Positions 60,989 to 64,000 of a DNA stretch of 64,000 nt are shown here, one piece after another. Every line of letters begins with the position of its first letter. Position 1 is the first letter of the stretch. Where the stretch lies: the NCBI GenBank assembly GCA_013265495.1, contig MU061538.1, positions 1,569,339-1,633,338 on the forward strand, written 5' to 3'. Under the pieces are notes generated by a model that searched no databases, was not told the DNA's origin, and was given only the letters and a program-made list of their open reading frames with translations. Source of the stretch: Vicugna vicugna (lineage: Eukaryota). The position numbers and the translations under genes were made by a program.

Positions 60989-61007
60989 GTTCCACCAGGA
61001 GGCAAAC
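60989..61007 (+). promoter_or_regulatory. Candidate CTCF site
   Basis: CCACCAGGAGGCA at 60992-61004. Confidence 0.35.
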
Positions 61008-62409
61008 GCCAGTGTGTAACAGTTTTCGGTCACACGAGTCCAAAGGTACAGCTCGCATCTGACTCGGCAAGGAGAGGGTGCTGGGGATGGTAGCAGCCCG
61101 AACTCAGTACCTAGACAGTGCGGTGCAACTTGTTCAAAAGAGCAATTAGCTGATTTACTTGAAAGCAACTTGATTCCCAGCGGAAAAGTTTAGTTTCATC
61201 CCAGGAGCCACAACGGGGGTGGAGGAGGGTTATTAGAAAAATTAAAAGCAGTAGGAATCTGCTGTTACTCCGGGACCTAAGATGAGTCACTCCTTTGGTT
61301 TCACGAAGGAGCAGGCTTTCAGATGCGGTAGGGGTGCTGAGAGCAGCTGAGTGAGGAGAGGGTGCTTTTCCGTCTGACGTGGGGAGAAGGAACGGGACAT
61401 GGGAGAGTGGCCGTGGCTGCGGGAACGCCCTGTGTTCAATTTCACGCAACTTTTGCGTGTGGCTTTTCTCTGGACGGTAGGTTTATGCGTTTTCTTCTCC
61501 CTAATTTTCTCTATGTTCTGACACTTAATAATGAGCAAGTATTCAGTGCAGAACTTTTTAAAAGTTACGTTAAAATCATGTCGTTGGTGAATTCACTTAA
61601 TGGAGGTGGAACTTGGGAATAAAAGTGTCCTCAGTAAATTAAGCCATGAAATGTACCGATGAATCACAGCACGTGGATTTCTGGTCCCCTCGAGAGACAG
61701 GCCGTTGCAGGAAACGGAGGGCCAGCTCCTCCATCACAGCAGGAGGCTCCGCGGGGAGGGCGCCGTTGCCTCCGGTCACCTGCGGCTTTGGGGGGTGCAC
61801 ACACCTGGTGATGGCTGCAGCTGGCCGTGCACGTGCTGGAGGGCCCACCCCCGACCCTGTGCGCCCAGAAGGAGGCCCGGGGAACAGGAGTGCCAGCCTG
61901 GGGCACAGGGGCCTTCCTGCCCTACCTTGAGAAGGCTCAACCAGCAGGTCCCCACTGGGCCCCCGGGCCTCCCCGAGAGGACAGCGTGTGAGCCAGCCCC
62001 GGCCTTTCTGGTCCACATCCCAGCCTCCTCCTCCAGCTCTGTCTGCGCAGACCATCTGCCACCCAGCCCTCAGCCTGGAGGTCAGCCACCCTCCTGTCCC
62101 ACGTCTCATCTGCCCCCAGCCCTGACGAGATGGGGCACAGGCCCCAAAGCCCGGCTTTCTGGGGCACGTGCCCAGAGCCATACACGTGAACTGTCTCATT
62201 TGTGTTCTGATGCTGACGGCCTGCAGCTGCTGGACTCGGTCCATGGGCGGGGCAGCTGGGGGAGTGAGCAGCAAAGGAAAATCCGCTTCCAAGGGCGGCT
62301 GTTTGAGTGGGTCAAGCCCTTCAGAGAAACAGCCACAAAGCTGTGTGTCTCTGTGCCACAGAGCACTGCTGAGCACTGGTCATTAGCTAACCCTTCAGGT
62401 AAGCCATGG

Positions 62410-62520
62410 ACATACGCACACACACGTGAACACGCCACATACGTGTATACAAACACACGTGGCATTCTGTCTCAGCAGCAACACACACGTATGTAAGTAC
62501 ACACACACGTGCACACCAAC
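62410..62520. repeat. Degenerate CA-rich repeat with recurring ACACGT
   Basis: Direct inspection. Confidence 0.8.
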
Positions 62521-64000
62521 CCGGCAGGATAGCTTTGCCTGCAGCCCCAAGAGTCCTGCGCTAGGAGTAAATGTTGACCATCTCCCGGAACACTTGCACA
62601 CCCACCATCACGCTAGCCTCCGCCATGGACAGACTGAGCGAGTCTTAGCAGGACCCTACGGACCCCGTGACTGCAGATTGCAAACCTCCAGTGACAACCG
62701 TTTCCTTTGACTCAAGAGGAAGCAGGCGTCTCAGCCTCCACGCTTCCCCACCTGCATGGTTTGAGGAGGAGGAATATCCCCCCAGGACTGCAGGTCCGGA
62801 GAACTGTGTCCTCCAGGGCAGGTGGGCGACGGCTCCCTGGGAGTGGACGCTGGCACTAATTGTTACTTGATGTCCTGCTGTCAGCGATGGAGGGCCTCAG
62901 AGGGGAATTACTGTACTTAAGCCTCAGACTGCTCAGAGCCAAACACTCTGCAAGGCAAGATTCCACCCAATTAACACGGAACTTTGAGCCAGTCACCTGT
63001 GCGATAACCTGGGGGCCGCGAGGAAACGCAGCCCGGCGAGTCCCAGAGCCAGGGCAGAGGGACGCAGAGTCCTTGAGAAAGAGGCTGCCTCCCCCTCTCT
63101 CAGGACACCCCCTGCCCACCCCGGGGAGAGACACCCGGGGGCCACTGCAAGGTGGGGTCAGGGGTCCCATGGGTGCTCCTCAAATTCCAGTCATCCTGAT
63201 TGCTCGCCGGTTGTCAATAAACAGGTACGTGAACGTGCAGCAGACTGGTTGGTTCATTGGTCATTGTCAGCCCGGCAGTTGTTCCAGGACACACGCTCTC
63301 CCAGGCCTTCGCTTTGCTTTGACCGTTTGTGGTTAATGTCCCTGCTAAACAAAAGTGACCGCGAGGTCCTGCGCGTGCTGGCGTTGACCGCCAGAAACCA
63401 GCGCCGCGGCGTCTGACCATCTGAGTCGTGGCGGGACGGCGGGCAGGCGCAGGGGCTGGGGAGCGCGCGTGCCTTCTCCGGGAGCGTCCGCAGGTCTCCG
63501 TCTGGGCTGGCGGCTTAGAAGGCGGATCCGTAACTCTGAAGATCCCTCCACCCGGAGGCTCGGGCGGCTTTGAGTTAAGCATCATTTTAAAGAAGCAGGA
63601 ACAGCAAACTGTCAGTCCCGCAGTAGTGAGGGCAGTCGGCGGATGCGAGCGCACAGATTCGCCCTAATCGTCGCCGTCAGTGGAGAGCTGTTAATGTGCC
63701 CTTTATCCTTTGAAGAATGTCGGGGAAAGAGACTTGGCAAAAAAGCAGAAAATCAAACAAGGTCCAAATGTTTCGCATTCCCCAGTGTGCCCATCCCCCG
63801 AGCGGACAAAGCCCTGGAAGCCGTTTCTGAACAATGATGGAGAAGTGCGCCTACAAGCAAAGGCCCTGAAGGGCTAAGCAGCCGCCTGCAGCCACCAGGC
63901 AGCCCACACCCAGGTCTTCTCCGGGAGCCCAAGGGGACTTTTAAAAATCCTGAACAGGAAAGGAAAGGTTGGGCTGTGCTTTTTAAAGCATTAGCTATCT

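Noticed and set aside
38541..62496. Other 250-300 aa ORFs (38541, 43062, 43972, 45761, 56611, 57994, 61705)
   Set aside because: Same compositional bias, no family motifs; the 56611 ORF runs into an L1 tail.
1..64000. Assigning the window to a named gene or chromosome
   Set aside because: No recognisable exon; this needs BLAST or synteny, which I cannot run.

Overview
Mammalian genomic DNA, most likely camelid: there are two tRNA-Ala(AGC)-derived Vic-1-type SINEs and cetartiodactyl-type L1 3' ends, and I saw no Alu, B1, Bov-A, PRE-1 or Can-SINE. I recognise no protein-coding exon, RNA gene, CRISPR array or prokaryotic system. The many ORFs are GC-rich open frames or L1 remnants. The window is an intergenic or deep-intronic mosaic of GC/CpG-rich stretches and AT-rich blocks, densely filled with decayed interspersed repeats (young and old L1, HAL1, L2, MIR, MaLR LTRs, hAT and Tigger elements). 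Repeat family names come from my recollection of consensus sequences and boundaries are approximate. The strongest signal is local and directional: several repeat copies carry clustered A/T-to-G/C differences relative to sister copies in the same window and have gained CpGs, consistent with GC-biased gene conversion hotspots. Other observations are a snap-back templated insertion inside an L1, an L1 ORF2 fragment with no 3' end, a promoter-like CpG region with two RFX X-box-like sites at the window start, and several repeat-free motif-dense blocks that may be enhancers. I do not find evidence for a new multi-gene biological system.
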